Positions 9,677 to 19,362 of a stretch of 53,649 nt of DNA are shown one piece after another. Made by a program: the position numbers and the translations under genes. Source of the stretch: an uncultured Ruminococcus sp. (GTDB taxonomy: Bacteria; Bacillota; Clostridia; Oscillospirales; Ruminococcaceae). The first letter of the stretch is position 1; the number at the start of each line of letters is the position of its first letter. The notes beneath the pieces were generated by a model. The model had not been told where the DNA came from, did not search any database, and was given only the letters and a program-made list of their open reading frames with translations. Location: positions 1 to 53,649 of the forward strand of contig CALMUA010000216.1 of the NCBI GenBank assembly GCA_937872775.1, read 5' to 3'.

Positions 9677-10546
9677 ATGAATAAGAAAAAATTAAAAGCC
9701 TCCAGCCAGAGAGCAGGAAGAAAATCAGGCAGTATATTCGTGATATTCTTATTTTTGTCGGTTCTCGGAATATTTATGGTGCTTCCTGTTTATCTCGCAG
9801 TTGTCATGTCTGTAAAGCCGTCACAGGAGTGGTTCGTTTTTCCCCCTAAACTTTATGCCATTGATCCTACTCTTGACAATTACAGAGAAATGTTTAAGGT
9901 TGCAGGAAATCTGTGGGTACCTTTTTCAAGGTATGTTTTTAACAGTTGCTTTGTAACTGTCACTATTACAGCAGCACAATGCTTTACTGCATCAATGGCT
10001 GCGTTTATTCTGGCAAAGGGAAGGTTTAAAGGAAGGAAACTGCTCAATTCAATTGTGATAATCTCACTTTTATATCAGAGTAATGTAATTTACATAGTTC
10101 AGTATATGGTTATAGCTAAACTTGGAATGATAAATACTTATATGGCTCTTATCCTTCCCGGAATAGCAACGCCTATGGGAGTTTTTCTTATGCGTCAGTC
10201 AATAGGAAAGGTTCCTGATACAATTATTGAAGCTGCAAAGGTTGACGGTGCAGGTATGTTTGGTATATGCTGGCGTATAGTAATGCCTAACCAGAAGCCT
10301 GCTCTGATGACGCTTATTATTTTTGCATTTCAGGCAGCATGGAATATTCAAGCCAATACATATGTGTTTGATGAGTCACTTAAAACACTTCCTACTGCTG
10401 TTTCACAGGCTGCAGCTTCCGGAATAGCACGTCAGGGTGTAGCAATGGCTGCTGCAGTTTTTATGCTGGTACCTCCTGTTATTGTTTTTATGGCAGCTCA
10501 GAAAAATGTTATTGAAACAATGGCTCATTCAGGAATAAAGGAGTAG
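9677..10546 (+). CDS. Carbohydrate ABC transporter permease (MalG-like)
   Basis: EAA loop IIEAAKVDGAG...IVMP; PTLDNY motif; start moved to ATG 9677 after AGGAG. Confidence 0.9.
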   Translation: MNKKKLKASSQRAGRKSGSIFVIFLFLSVLGIFMVLPVYLAVVMSVKPSQEWFVFPPKLYAIDPTLDNYREMFKVAGNLWVPFSRYVFNSCFVTVTITAAQCFTASMAAFILAKGRFKGRKLLNSIVIISLLYQSNVIYIVQYMVIAKLGMINTYMALILPGIATPMGVFLMRQSIGKVPDTIIEAAKVDGAGMFGICWRIVMPNQKPALMTLIIFAFQAAWNIQANTYVFDESLKTLPTAVSQAAASGIARQGVAMAAAVFMLVPPVIVFMAAQKNVIETMAHSGIKE

Positions 10547-10552
10547 GTTTTT

Positions 10553-10577
10553 TGCAGGGCTTTCCGGTCGCCCTGCA
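10553..10577 (+). promoter_or_regulatory. Internal GC-rich stem-loop within ABC operon
   Basis: TGCAGGGC / GCCCTGCA 8-bp stem, 9-nt loop, no downstream U tract. Confidence 0.5.
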
Positions 10578-10618
10578 CCTTCGGAAAGACAGGAAGTAAT
10601 CAGAACCAAAGGAAAAGG

Positions 10619-12091
10619 GTGATATTTGTGCAAGGATGGATAAAAAAAATTTTGACCGGATTGCTTTCCGGCGTAATTATATCTGCATCATCTTGGGGAC
10701 TTGTATATGCTGATGAAGCGTATGATGTTTATAATTACGACAGGTGGGGAGAGGCCATTCCTTCACAGGCAGGATATCTGGCACGCTTCAGTGTATCCGG
10801 TTCTGAACTCGGAACAGATGATTTTTCATCTCCAGGTGATATTTTTATAGATCATAACGGTCTTTTTTATATAGCTGATTCAGGTAATAACAGAATTGTT
10901 ATAACAGATAATGGGTTAAAAGAAGTTAAAAATGTTATAGATAATTTTACATACAAGGGAAAAACACTTACGCTTAAAAATCCTCAGGGAATATTTGTGT
11001 CAGATGACGATGAGATTTACATCGCTGATACTGATAATTCCAGAGTTATAAGATCAGACAAAAACGGAAATGCAGATCTTGTAATTGAAAAGCCGGTTTC
11101 AGAGTTATATCCGGAAAACCTGACATTTCTTCCGCAGAAGGTTATAGCTGATAAGGCCGGGTATGTTTATGTTGTTGTAAATAATATAACCAGCGGATCA
11201 GTCATGTATAATAAAGACGGAGAATTTGTAGGATTCTATGGAGCAAACAGGGTTGAAAAGACCAGCAAGGTGCTGTGGAAATATTTCTGGAAGCTTATCT
11301 CAGCGGACAATATGAAAAAATATATGAAGGATTCTGTTCCGGCACCTATAACGAATTTTGATATAGATAACGATGGATTTATTTATACATGCAGCAATTC
11401 GCTTACGCAGGAGCTTGATGCAATAAAAAAAGTAAATGCAGCAGGATATAACCTGTTTGCAGATATTGAGGTGCATTTCGGAGATGCACCAACGGCCGAT
11501 TACAGCAACAATCCGGACAATTCATATGTTGACATTGATATAAATAAAGATGGTCTGATAAGCTGTCTTGATTACTCCACAGACCGTATATTCCAGTATG
11601 ATGAAGATTGCAATTTACTGTTCATAGTCGGTTCTTCCGGAAATCAGCTTGGTACATTCAGGCAGGTATCGGCTGTTGAATCTGATGATACATGTATTTA
11701 TGTGGCTGATTCACAGAAAAATACTATAACAGTGTTTGAAGAAACTGTATTTGGTTCAATTGTTCATCAGGCCACAAAGCTCTATAATGACGGATATTAT
11801 GAAGAAGCACTTGATCCGTGGTTTGAGGTTCTTAAAAGAGACGGAAATTACAGGCGTGCATATATAGGAATTGCAAGTGCAATGATAAACAACGGAAATT
11901 ACGATGAGGCCATGAAGTATGCAAAACTTGCGGATTCACAGTGGCAGTACAACAGGGCATTTGAGGGCTGGCGTACTGAATTTATCAATAATTATTTTGG
12001 AATAATAAGTCTTGTCCTTATTATAATCGCTACAATGGTTCTTGTTATTGTACGCCACATAAAGAAAGCAAAGGGAGGACACCGAAAATGA
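10619..12091 (+). CDS. NHL-repeat beta-propeller protein with TPR-like region and C-terminal membrane anchor
   Basis: Repeats FSSPGDIFID..FYIADSGNNRI, LKNPQGIFVS..IYIADTDNSRV, IYVADSQKNTI; helical YEEALDPW...AYIGIA...YDEAMKY; hydrophobic C-terminus followed by basic residues. Confidence 0.8.
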   Translation: MIFVQGWIKKILTGLLSGVIISASSWGLVYADEAYDVYNYDRWGEAIPSQAGYLARFSVSGSELGTDDFSSPGDIFIDHNGLFYIADSGNNRIVITDNGLKEVKNVIDNFTYKGKTLTLKNPQGIFVSDDDEIYIADTDNSRVIRSDKNGNADLVIEKPVSELYPENLTFLPQKVIADKAGYVYVVVNNITSGSVMYNKDGEFVGFYGANRVEKTSKVLWKYFWKLISADNMKKYMKDSVPAPITNFDIDNDGFIYTCSNSLTQELDAIKKVNAAGYNLFADIEVHFGDAPTADYSNNPDNSYVDIDINKDGLISCLDYSTDRIFQYDEDCNLLFIVGSSGNQLGTFRQVSAVESDDTCIYVADSQKNTITVFEETVFGSIVHQATKLYNDGYYEEALDPWFEVLKRDGNYRRAYIGIASAMINNGNYDEAMKYAKLADSQWQYNRAFEGWRTEFINNYFGIISLVLIIIATMVLVIVRHIKKAKGGHRK

Positions 12092-12717
12092 TGGATCTTT
12101 CTGAAAAGCAGTGGGTCAGACATACGGTTTTTCATCCTTTTGAAGGATATGAGGATCTCAGATGGAAAAAGGCCGGTTCTTTAAAAATATCATTTCTTAT
12201 AATATTTCTGCTGTTTATAGCTCTGATAGTCAATAACAGACTATATGCTTTTCATCTCTGGAATGATTACGATAAACTGTTCAACATTGTTCCTTATATT
12301 GTAAGAAGTGTTGTGTTTTTTGGTGCGTGGGTAATAGGAAACTGGTCTGTGTGCACGCTGCTTGACGGTGAGGGAACACTCCGCAAAATATGTATATACA
12401 GTTCTTATGCACTTATACCATATATTGTGATGCTTTATGCAACAACGATTCTTTCACATTTTTTGGTTTATGACGAGGGTGTTTTTTTAACCTGTATTCA
12501 TTATATAGGACTGGGCTGGACATATATCCTCATGTTTAATGCGATAAAATCGGTTCATCAGTATTCATTCATAAAGACTGCAGCAGCCATTTTTCTTACA
12601 ATCGTAGCAATGCTGATAATAATGTTTCTTATTGTATTGCTTATGTCTCTTTTTCAAAAAGTAATTATATTTATATATTCAATATATACCGAGATACAGT
12701 ATAGAATAAAAGTCTGA
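12088..12717 (+). CDS. YIP1-family-like multi-pass membrane protein
   Basis: 209 aa, about five TM segments, FHPFEGYEDLR and LLDGEGT...YSSYALIPY patterns; overlaps NHL gene by ATGA. Confidence 0.7.
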   Translation: MMDLSEKQWVRHTVFHPFEGYEDLRWKKAGSLKISFLIIFLLFIALIVNNRLYAFHLWNDYDKLFNIVPYIVRSVVFFGAWVIGNWSVCTLLDGEGTLRKICIYSSYALIPYIVMLYATTILSHFLVYDEGVFLTCIHYIGLGWTYILMFNAIKSVHQYSFIKTAAAIFLTIVAMLIIMFLIVLLMSLFQKVIIFIYSIYTEIQYRIKV

Positions 12718-12740
12718 TGCTAATGGTGGTGAAAACTTAA

Positions 12741-15020
12741 ATGCAAAAAAAAATTAAAAAAGTACTGGCCTGTTTTCTTGCAGCTGTATTATTTATACCT
12801 TCAGGAGCCATTACCGTAAGCAGTAAGAAAGCAGCAGATGCTGAAATCTCTTCAGAGGATGAACGGGATGAAAATTCAGCTTCGGATAAGACATATGTAA
12901 CGAGAACGGAAAAAGAAGTTCTGTCAACCATGACAATGGCATGTGAAAATGAAAATCTGAGGTTTTATTATTCTGAAAATGAGGATATTTTTGCTCTTGT
13001 AAATAAAAAAAATAATTACATATGGTGGTCTTCACCTGTAAATGCCCAGGGTGATACTCAAGCCAAAGGACTTGTAAAAAAAGAACTTGCTTCATCAATG
13101 GTTATTTTATACGGAGTACCGGACAGCCGTACAACTTCTACTCTGAGGTCAGCTAAAAACGGAAGAATGATTTATAAAGTCAAAGATAATGTACTTAACG
13201 TAATATATAAATTTCCGATGGCCGGATTTACTATTCCGGTTGAATACACTCTTGAAGAAAAATGCCTCAGTGCAAAAATAAAAACTTCGCAGATAAAAGA
13301 AGAAAACAAAGATACAGATGAAGGTCAGATACTTATTGATATTTCTGTGCTTCCAAATATGATGTCTGCAGGAAAAGATGAAGATGGTTATTATGTTATT
13401 CCTGACGGAAGCGGTGCTGTTATAGATTTTAATAACGGGAAAACAAGTGCCAGACCGTATAACGGCAAAATATACGGTGACGACATTACATCCGTTTCCC
13501 TTACAAAGCCTCCTGTATCAGAACAGATTTATCTGCCTGTTTATGGTGCTGTAAAGAAAAACGGAAATGGAATTCTGGCAGTTTTACATAAGGGTGATGC
13601 AAATGCTCAGATACTTTCAAGTGTAAGTACTCTTTCAAAAAGCAGCTACAACATATGCTATTCAAAATTTACTGTAAGAAGTACAGATACATATTACATG
13701 AGCGGCGAACCTCTTACCGTATTTGAAAAAGATAAAATAAAAACACCGGAACTTGAGATAAAATTTTTCCCTGTAAACGAAAAAAATATTGATTATGTTG
13801 ATATTGCTGATGCTTACCGAAATTATCTTATAGATGAGCAGGGGATAAGTAAAAAGCAGAATAATATGGGCTTGTACGTAGATATATACGGAGGAGCGGC
13901 GAAACTTGAACCTGTATGTGGAATACCTGTAACAAGGAAAAAATCAGTTACATCATTCAGTCAGGCCGAGAAAATTTTGACTAAGCTAACAGAAGGCGGT
14001 GCTGATAATATTATTCTCAGTTACAATAACTGGACAAATGACGGAATAAAAAATAAGGTTGATTTTAAAACCAGACCGGCATCGGTGCTTGGAAACAAAA
14101 AAGAATTCAATTCACTGATTGAGTATTGCAAAAACAATGACATTTCATTTTACCCAACTGTTAACAACAAAACATTTTCTGCCGGAAACGGATACTGGCC
14201 GTTTTCTGATACGGCGCTCAGGACCTCAGGACAGTATTCAAAGCAGTTAAGCTATAATCTTGCATATGGTACAGAAAACAAATTAAAGGATCCGGAATCT
14301 CTTTTATCTCCGTCTGTATTTGGTGAAATATTTTCAAAGCTTGCAAAGAATTATTCAAAAGCCGGATTTGATAAAATATGTATTGGTGATATGACATATG
14401 TTCTTTATGGAGATTATGGTAAAAAATCATTGTCACGAAACGATATGATGGAGTATGTTCAGGATGGTCTTGCAAAAATAAATGATGATGTAGGTTCTGT
14501 ACTTGCACATACGGCGAATGCATACACATTCAGATATATTGACCATATATCGGGTGTTCCGCTCAGCTCGGGCAAATTTGATATATTCGACAGAGACATA
14601 CCTTTTTTTCAGATAGTAATGCATGGACTTATACCATATTCATCTGCATCAATAAACAGAAGTGCAGATTCTGAAAGACTGTTCCTTATGGCTGTTGCAA
14701 CAGGCAGTAATCTTCACTATGATATGATATATGAGGATGCAAGTGAGCTTAAGGATACAGAATATGACAGATATTATTATGCAAATTATTATTACTGGAC
14801 TGATACTGCGACAGGTGAATACAAACTTATAAAGGATGTTCTGAATGATGTAAGGGATCAGTACATAACCGGATTTGAAGATAACGGGACAGAAACATTA
14901 ACAACATACAGTGACGGAACAGTAATAACCGTGAATTTTCAGACAGGTCAGATAAAGAACAAAAATAGCGTATATATGCTTACTGACTATATTGATACAG
15001 AAGGAGACCTGATATTCTGA
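12741..15020 (+). CDS. Secreted DUF5696-like protein
   Basis: 759 aa, signal peptide, GYYVIPDGSGAVIDF, LPVYG, IPFFQIVMHG motifs; context between YIP1-like gene and permeases. Family call from recognition only. Confidence 0.65.
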   Translation: MQKKIKKVLACFLAAVLFIPSGAITVSSKKAADAEISSEDERDENSASDKTYVTRTEKEVLSTMTMACENENLRFYYSENEDIFALVNKKNNYIWWSSPVNAQGDTQAKGLVKKELASSMVILYGVPDSRTTSTLRSAKNGRMIYKVKDNVLNVIYKFPMAGFTIPVEYTLEEKCLSAKIKTSQIKEENKDTDEGQILIDISVLPNMMSAGKDEDGYYVIPDGSGAVIDFNNGKTSARPYNGKIYGDDITSVSLTKPPVSEQIYLPVYGAVKKNGNGILAVLHKGDANAQILSSVSTLSKSSYNICYSKFTVRSTDTYYMSGEPLTVFEKDKIKTPELEIKFFPVNEKNIDYVDIADAYRNYLIDEQGISKKQNNMGLYVDIYGGAAKLEPVCGIPVTRKKSVTSFSQAEKILTKLTEGGADNIILSYNNWTNDGIKNKVDFKTRPASVLGNKKEFNSLIEYCKNNDISFYPTVNNKTFSAGNGYWPFSDTALRTSGQYSKQLSYNLAYGTENKLKDPESLLSPSVFGEIFSKLAKNYSKAGFDKICIGDMTYVLYGDYGKKSLSRNDMMEYVQDGLAKINDDVGSVLAHTANAYTFRYIDHISGVPLSSGKFDIFDRDIPFFQIVMHGLIPYSSASINRSADSERLFLMAVATGSNLHYDMIYEDASELKDTEYDRYYYANYYYWTDTATGEYKLIKDVLNDVRDQYITGFEDNGTETLTTYSDGTVITVNFQTGQIKNKNSVYMLTDYIDTEGDLIF

Positions 15021-15934
15021 TGAAAAAAAAAGGCAAAGGAATAAAAATTTCATATCAGAGGAGAAAAAGCCTGTATGGGTATGGTTTTATCGGGCTGTGG
15101 CTTGTGGGAACAGTTATATTTTTTCTTATACCTATGGTTGAATCCTTCATATATTCATTTAAAAATGTAAATCCGCAGAAGGGTGGCGCAACGGGAGACT
15201 GGGTAGGTTTTGCGAATTATTCTGTGGCATTTTCAAAAGATCAGTATTACAGGGAATATCTTGTACAAGTATTGCGTGATACTGCAATATCAGCTCCTCT
15301 TATACTTATATTTTCACTGTTTATTGCAGTTATTTTAAATCAGAAATTCAAGGGAAGGGCATTTGCACGTGCAGTTTTTTTTCTGCCCGTAATAATAGCT
15401 TCCGGCCCTGTATATGCAATTATTACAGGAGACATGAGTACAAGCGGAACAGACGGAGCAGAGCAGTTTTCAACCGTATTTGAGACTGATATGGTAACTG
15501 ATATTCTTGAATTTACAGGTATATACGGACTTAGCGAGACACTTACTGAAACCATAAAATCAACAATTGACAGTATTTTCGGCCTGGTATGGAAATCAGG
15601 AATTCAAATGCTTATATTTCTTGCTGCACTTCAGAATATTCCTGTATCAGCACGGGAAGCAGCACAGATAGAGGGTGCAACATCGTGGGAATATTTCTGG
15701 AAAATCACATTTCCGTATTTAAGTCCTATAATAGTAGCAAATCTTATATTTACAATAATTGATTCATTTACTGATTCAGGTAATATTGTAATGGAAAGAA
15801 TATTGACCATGAGAAATGAATGGAAATATGGTGTTGCAGCTGCAATGGTATGGTCGTATTTCGCAATTGTGATGCTGATATTAGGACTGATATTCATTAT
15901 TATAAAAAAGCATATATACTATGAAGTTGATTAA
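15020..15934 (+). CDS. Carbohydrate ABC transporter permease (second MalF-like)
   Basis: WVGFANY; EAA loop REAAQIEGATSWEYFWKITFP; TGATG overlap with the upstream gene. Confidence 0.9.
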   Translation: MKKKGKGIKISYQRRKSLYGYGFIGLWLVGTVIFFLIPMVESFIYSFKNVNPQKGGATGDWVGFANYSVAFSKDQYYREYLVQVLRDTAISAPLILIFSLFIAVILNQKFKGRAFARAVFFLPVIIASGPVYAIITGDMSTSGTDGAEQFSTVFETDMVTDILEFTGIYGLSETLTETIKSTIDSIFGLVWKSGIQMLIFLAALQNIPVSAREAAQIEGATSWEYFWKITFPYLSPIIVANLIFTIIDSFTDSGNIVMERILTMRNEWKYGVAAAMVWSYFAIVMLILGLIFIIIKKHIYYEVD

Positions 15935-15982
15935 AATAACTTGAAAGGAAAAGCTCATTAAATTCTGAGCAGCGGTTATGGG

Positions 15983-16975
15983 ATGAAAACAGCAAAAGCT
16001 GAAAAAACAAAGCCTGAAGACAAAAAAGCAATTAAAGAAAAAAAGAAAAAATACAGAGCAAAAGTGACTGGTGAACAACTTGCATGCATCAGAAGAAAAG
16101 AAGCAGTCAGACTTCTCTGGCATATTTTCAGAATTATGATTCTTTTCGGACTTTGCTTTGTAATATTATATCCGCTGTTGTTTATGATAAGCTGTGCTTT
16201 CAGAAAACAGGCTGATATGAATGATCCTACAGTAATGTGGATACCAAGACATCTTACTTTTAGTGTAATAAAAGAAACGGCAGATGCAATGAACCTGAAA
16301 ACAACGCTTTTTAATACAATAAAGCTTAATATAGGTTGTTCTCTGATACAGGTTGTCACCACTGCAGTAACCGGATATGGTTTTGCACGTTTTAAATTCA
16401 AAGGAAAAAATCTTTTGTTCGGTATAGTAATTCTTATGATTCTTGTTCCTCCTCAGGTAATACTTCTTCCGCAGTATGATCAGTTTGCAGCTCTTGGACT
16501 TATTAATACAGCATGGACTATGTATCTTCCTGCTATGACTGCAAACGGTCTGAGGGCGGGACTTATGATACTTATATTCAGGCAGTTTTTCAAAGGGCTT
16601 CCTAAAGAACTTGAAGATGCAGCTTATATTGACGGCTCCGGACCGATGAGGACATTTGTAACAATAATGGTTCCTAATGCACTTTCATCATTTCTGACAG
16701 TATTTTTGTTTTCAGTTGTCTGGTACTGGAATGACTATTATGTATGTAATTCTTTTTTCAGTACAAATCAGACGCTGGCACTTATGATAAAAAATATAAG
16801 CTCAGTACTTAAAGCTGAACTTTTTAATGATGCAAGCCTTCAGGTTTCAACCCGTGAGCTGGTCGTATGGACTCAGGCGGCATGTCTTATTTCAATAACC
16901 CCGATGCTTGTAATGTATGCATGTCTGCAGAAATATTTTACAGAGGGTATAGAACGTTCAGGTATAGTAGGATAA
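15983..16975 (+). CDS. Carbohydrate ABC transporter permease (second MalG-like)
   Basis: GYGFARFKFKGK; LPKELEDAAYIDG; WYWNDY; C-terminal QKYFTEGIERSGIVG. Confidence 0.9.
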   Translation: MKTAKAEKTKPEDKKAIKEKKKKYRAKVTGEQLACIRRKEAVRLLWHIFRIMILFGLCFVILYPLLFMISCAFRKQADMNDPTVMWIPRHLTFSVIKETADAMNLKTTLFNTIKLNIGCSLIQVVTTAVTGYGFARFKFKGKNLLFGIVILMILVPPQVILLPQYDQFAALGLINTAWTMYLPAMTANGLRAGLMILIFRQFFKGLPKELEDAAYIDGSGPMRTFVTIMVPNALSSFLTVFLFSVVWYWNDYYVCNSFFSTNQTLALMIKNISSVLKAELFNDASLQVSTRELVVWTQAACLISITPMLVMYACLQKYFTEGIERSGIVG

Positions 16976-17101
16976 AAGTAATAATTCTTTTGTAAGGCAA
17001 ATATAATTATAAAGAGGTTTTGCATCTGCGGAGTCGTGAAGGACTTGTATGTTGCCTTGAACCTTCTGAAAGAGTATTTGCTTATTAACGGGAGGATTAT
17101 T

Positions 17102-17704
17102 ATGAAAATATTGCTGATAAATTCTGAGAACAGGCTTCCGGATGGGTATCAGCCGTTTCTTGCTGAAGTGGTTGACGGGTATTACCTTGAGAGGCAGGCA
17201 GCACATGCTATGAAAAGAATGATTTGTGACGCTGCTTGTTCAGGGATTAAATTAAGGGTTTTTTCTGCATACAGAAGTGTAGCATATCAGTGCGGACTTT
17301 TTGATGAGGACATGAACAGATACGTAAAAATGGGATATAGTAATGATGAGGCATATAAAAAAACTGCCCAGAGTATTGCTCTTCCGGGAAGCAGTGAACA
17401 TAATGCAGGACTTGCTGTTGATTTGTCAACAATAGAATGGGTCGGTGAGATAACAGAAGAATTTGAGAAGACTGACGAATTCAGATGGCTTTATGAAAAC
17501 GCATGCAGATATGGATATATATTAAGATACCCGAGGGGAAAGGAACATATAACAGGCATTACATACGAACCCTGGCATTACAGATATGTCGGAATTCCGC
17601 ATTCTGTTTTTATTTCACGGCATAATATTACGCTGGAAGAATATCTTAGGGTTGCATGCTGCTCCGAACATCAGGGATATTCACATGAGTCAAAAAAAGT
17701 ATAA
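17102..17704 (+). CDS. M15B zinc D-Ala-D-Ala carboxypeptidase (VanY/LdcB-like), no obvious signal peptide
   Basis: SAYRS, SEHNAGLAVD, YEPWHYRYVG; ATG 17102 after GGAGG. Confidence 0.88.
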   Translation: MKILLINSENRLPDGYQPFLAEVVDGYYLERQAAHAMKRMICDAACSGIKLRVFSAYRSVAYQCGLFDEDMNRYVKMGYSNDEAYKKTAQSIALPGSSEHNAGLAVDLSTIEWVGEITEEFEKTDEFRWLYENACRYGYILRYPRGKEHITGITYEPWHYRYVGIPHSVFISRHNITLEEYLRVACCSEHQGYSHESKKV

Positions 17705-17749
17705 ATAATCAATTATTGGAATACGTGTAATTTTAACTTGGAATATTAT

Positions 17750-17788
17750 CGGCTTTGTAAAAATTAATTTATACAAAGCCGGTTTTTT
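17750..17788 (+). terminator. Intrinsic terminator
   Basis: CGGCTTTGTA / TACAAAGCCG stem followed by GTTTTTT. Confidence 0.8.
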
Positions 17789-17800
17789 GCGTTAAAAAAC

Positions 17801-17836
17801 TTGTAATTTTACATTCGATAATGTTATAATTATAAT
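17801..17836 (+). promoter_or_regulatory. Overlapping sigma-A-like promoters of the decarboxylase-holB-ricT block
   Basis: TTTACA (17808) -17- TATAAT (17831); also TTGTAA (17801) -18- TATAAT (17825) with extended -10 TG. Confidence 0.55.
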
Positions 17837-18005
17837 ATGTTTAGTTATTATTCAGAGTAAGTTTGTGAAATTGACGGAGATGTTTTTTGAATGCATTACG
17901 TTCATTATTTATCTCCGGATACATTTTGTTCAGTTTATCGGTTAAAACATATATGAACGGATAGTAACTACGTTTAAAACATGTTATCACATTAAGGAAC
18001 AAAAA

Positions 18006-19343
18006 ATGAACACACCAATATATGATTATCTCGCAAAATATTCAGAGAGCGGTTTTTTACGTATGCATATGCCAGGACATAAAGGCAGATCATCCGAAAA
18101 TATTCTGTCAAAGGTATACCCGCTTGACATAACTGAAATAACAGATGCTGGAAATCTTTTTGAGAATGACGGAATAATTTCAGAAAGCGAAAAAAATGCT
18201 TCCCGGATTTTTGGTACAAAGGCAACGTTTTATTCTGTCGGAGGCTCAACTCTCTGTATACAGACTATGCTTGCACTTATGAAATATGATCACAGAAATG
18301 TCATAGCAGTAAGAAATGCACACAGATCATTTTTAAGCGCATGCGTATTGCTTGATATTGATGTAAGCTGGGTATATCCTGTCTATGAGGACAGTATAAT
18401 TTCAGGAACAGTGCTTTTATGTGATATAGAAGAAAAATTAAAAAAAACTTCAAATGCGTGTCTTTATATCACTTCACCTGATTATTTTGGATCAATGGCA
18501 GATATAAAAAGCATCGCAGAGCTTTGTCACAGATATAATGCAGTATTGGTTGTAGATAATGCCCACGGGGCATGTCTGCCTTTTTATAAAGAAAATATGC
18601 ACCCTATAGCACTTGGTGCCGATATGTGCTGTGATTCAGCGCATAAGATGCTTCCTGCATTGACAGGAGCCGCATATCTACATATAGGAAACCCTGTATA
18701 TTCTTCAAAGGTCAAGGAAGTAATGACGATGTTTGCATCTACCAGCCCATCATATCTTATCATGTGTTCGCTTGACCTATGTAATGTTTTTCTTGAAGAT
18801 CAGATAAAACAACGGTTAAAAAGTTCAGAAAAATATATTGCGTGTCTGAAAAGATCAGACGCTTTAAAAAGATTTAAAACAGAAATACCTGAATTTTATT
18901 CAGAACCACTCCATTTTACAATAAATGCTTATGAGAGCGGAATAAATGGTCTGAAGCTTGCAGCTATGCTGCGTAAAAGAAAAATAGAGTACGAATATGC
19001 TGACAATACGCATATAATAATGCTTTTTTCTCCTATTGATGATGCTGATGTATATAACAGGCTTGAGAATGTGCTTGATTCAATTCAATTTCAGCCATCA
19101 GAAGTAAGTAATCTGAAAATAAATTTTCCGGCTCCTGAAAAATATATGACTATCCGTGAGGCCGCATTTTCAGAATACGAGGAGATACCTGTAGAAAAAT
19201 CGGGCGGACGTGTTTGTGCTGCAGTAAATATACCATGTCCTCCGGCAATTCCTATAGTTGTAAGCGGAGAAATTATTTCAGACGAATGCATCAGCATAAT
19301 GAAAAGATTTGGTATAGAAAAAATTAAAACCTTAAAATTATAA
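18006..19343 (+). CDS. PLP-dependent Orn/Lys/Arg decarboxylase family protein (YaaO-like)
   Basis: HMPGHKG, VDNAHGA, PLP-lysine motif SAHKMLPALT, STSPSY, PPAIPIVVSGE. Confidence 0.88.
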   Translation: MNTPIYDYLAKYSESGFLRMHMPGHKGRSSENILSKVYPLDITEITDAGNLFENDGIISESEKNASRIFGTKATFYSVGGSTLCIQTMLALMKYDHRNVIAVRNAHRSFLSACVLLDIDVSWVYPVYEDSIISGTVLLCDIEEKLKKTSNACLYITSPDYFGSMADIKSIAELCHRYNAVLVVDNAHGACLPFYKENMHPIALGADMCCDSAHKMLPALTGAAYLHIGNPVYSSKVKEVMTMFASTSPSYLIMCSLDLCNVFLEDQIKQRLKSSEKYIACLKRSDALKRFKTEIPEFYSEPLHFTINAYESGINGLKLAAMLRKRKIEYEYADNTHIIMLFSPIDDADVYNRLENVLDSIQFQPSEVSNLKINFPAPEKYMTIREAAFSEYEEIPVEKSGGRVCAAVNIPCPPAIPIVVSGEIISDECISIMKRFGIEKIKTLKL

Positions 19344-19362
19344 ACAGAAAAGGAATAAAAAA

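Noticed and set aside
16985-17078. Possible ncRNA (AAGGCAA / TTGCCTT long-range pairing)
   Set aside because: Only short pairings, no recognisable family, promoter or terminator.
17102-17704. Vancomycin resistance vanY/vanXY
   Set aside because: M15B motifs are generic; no vanHAX ligase cluster or vanRS nearby.
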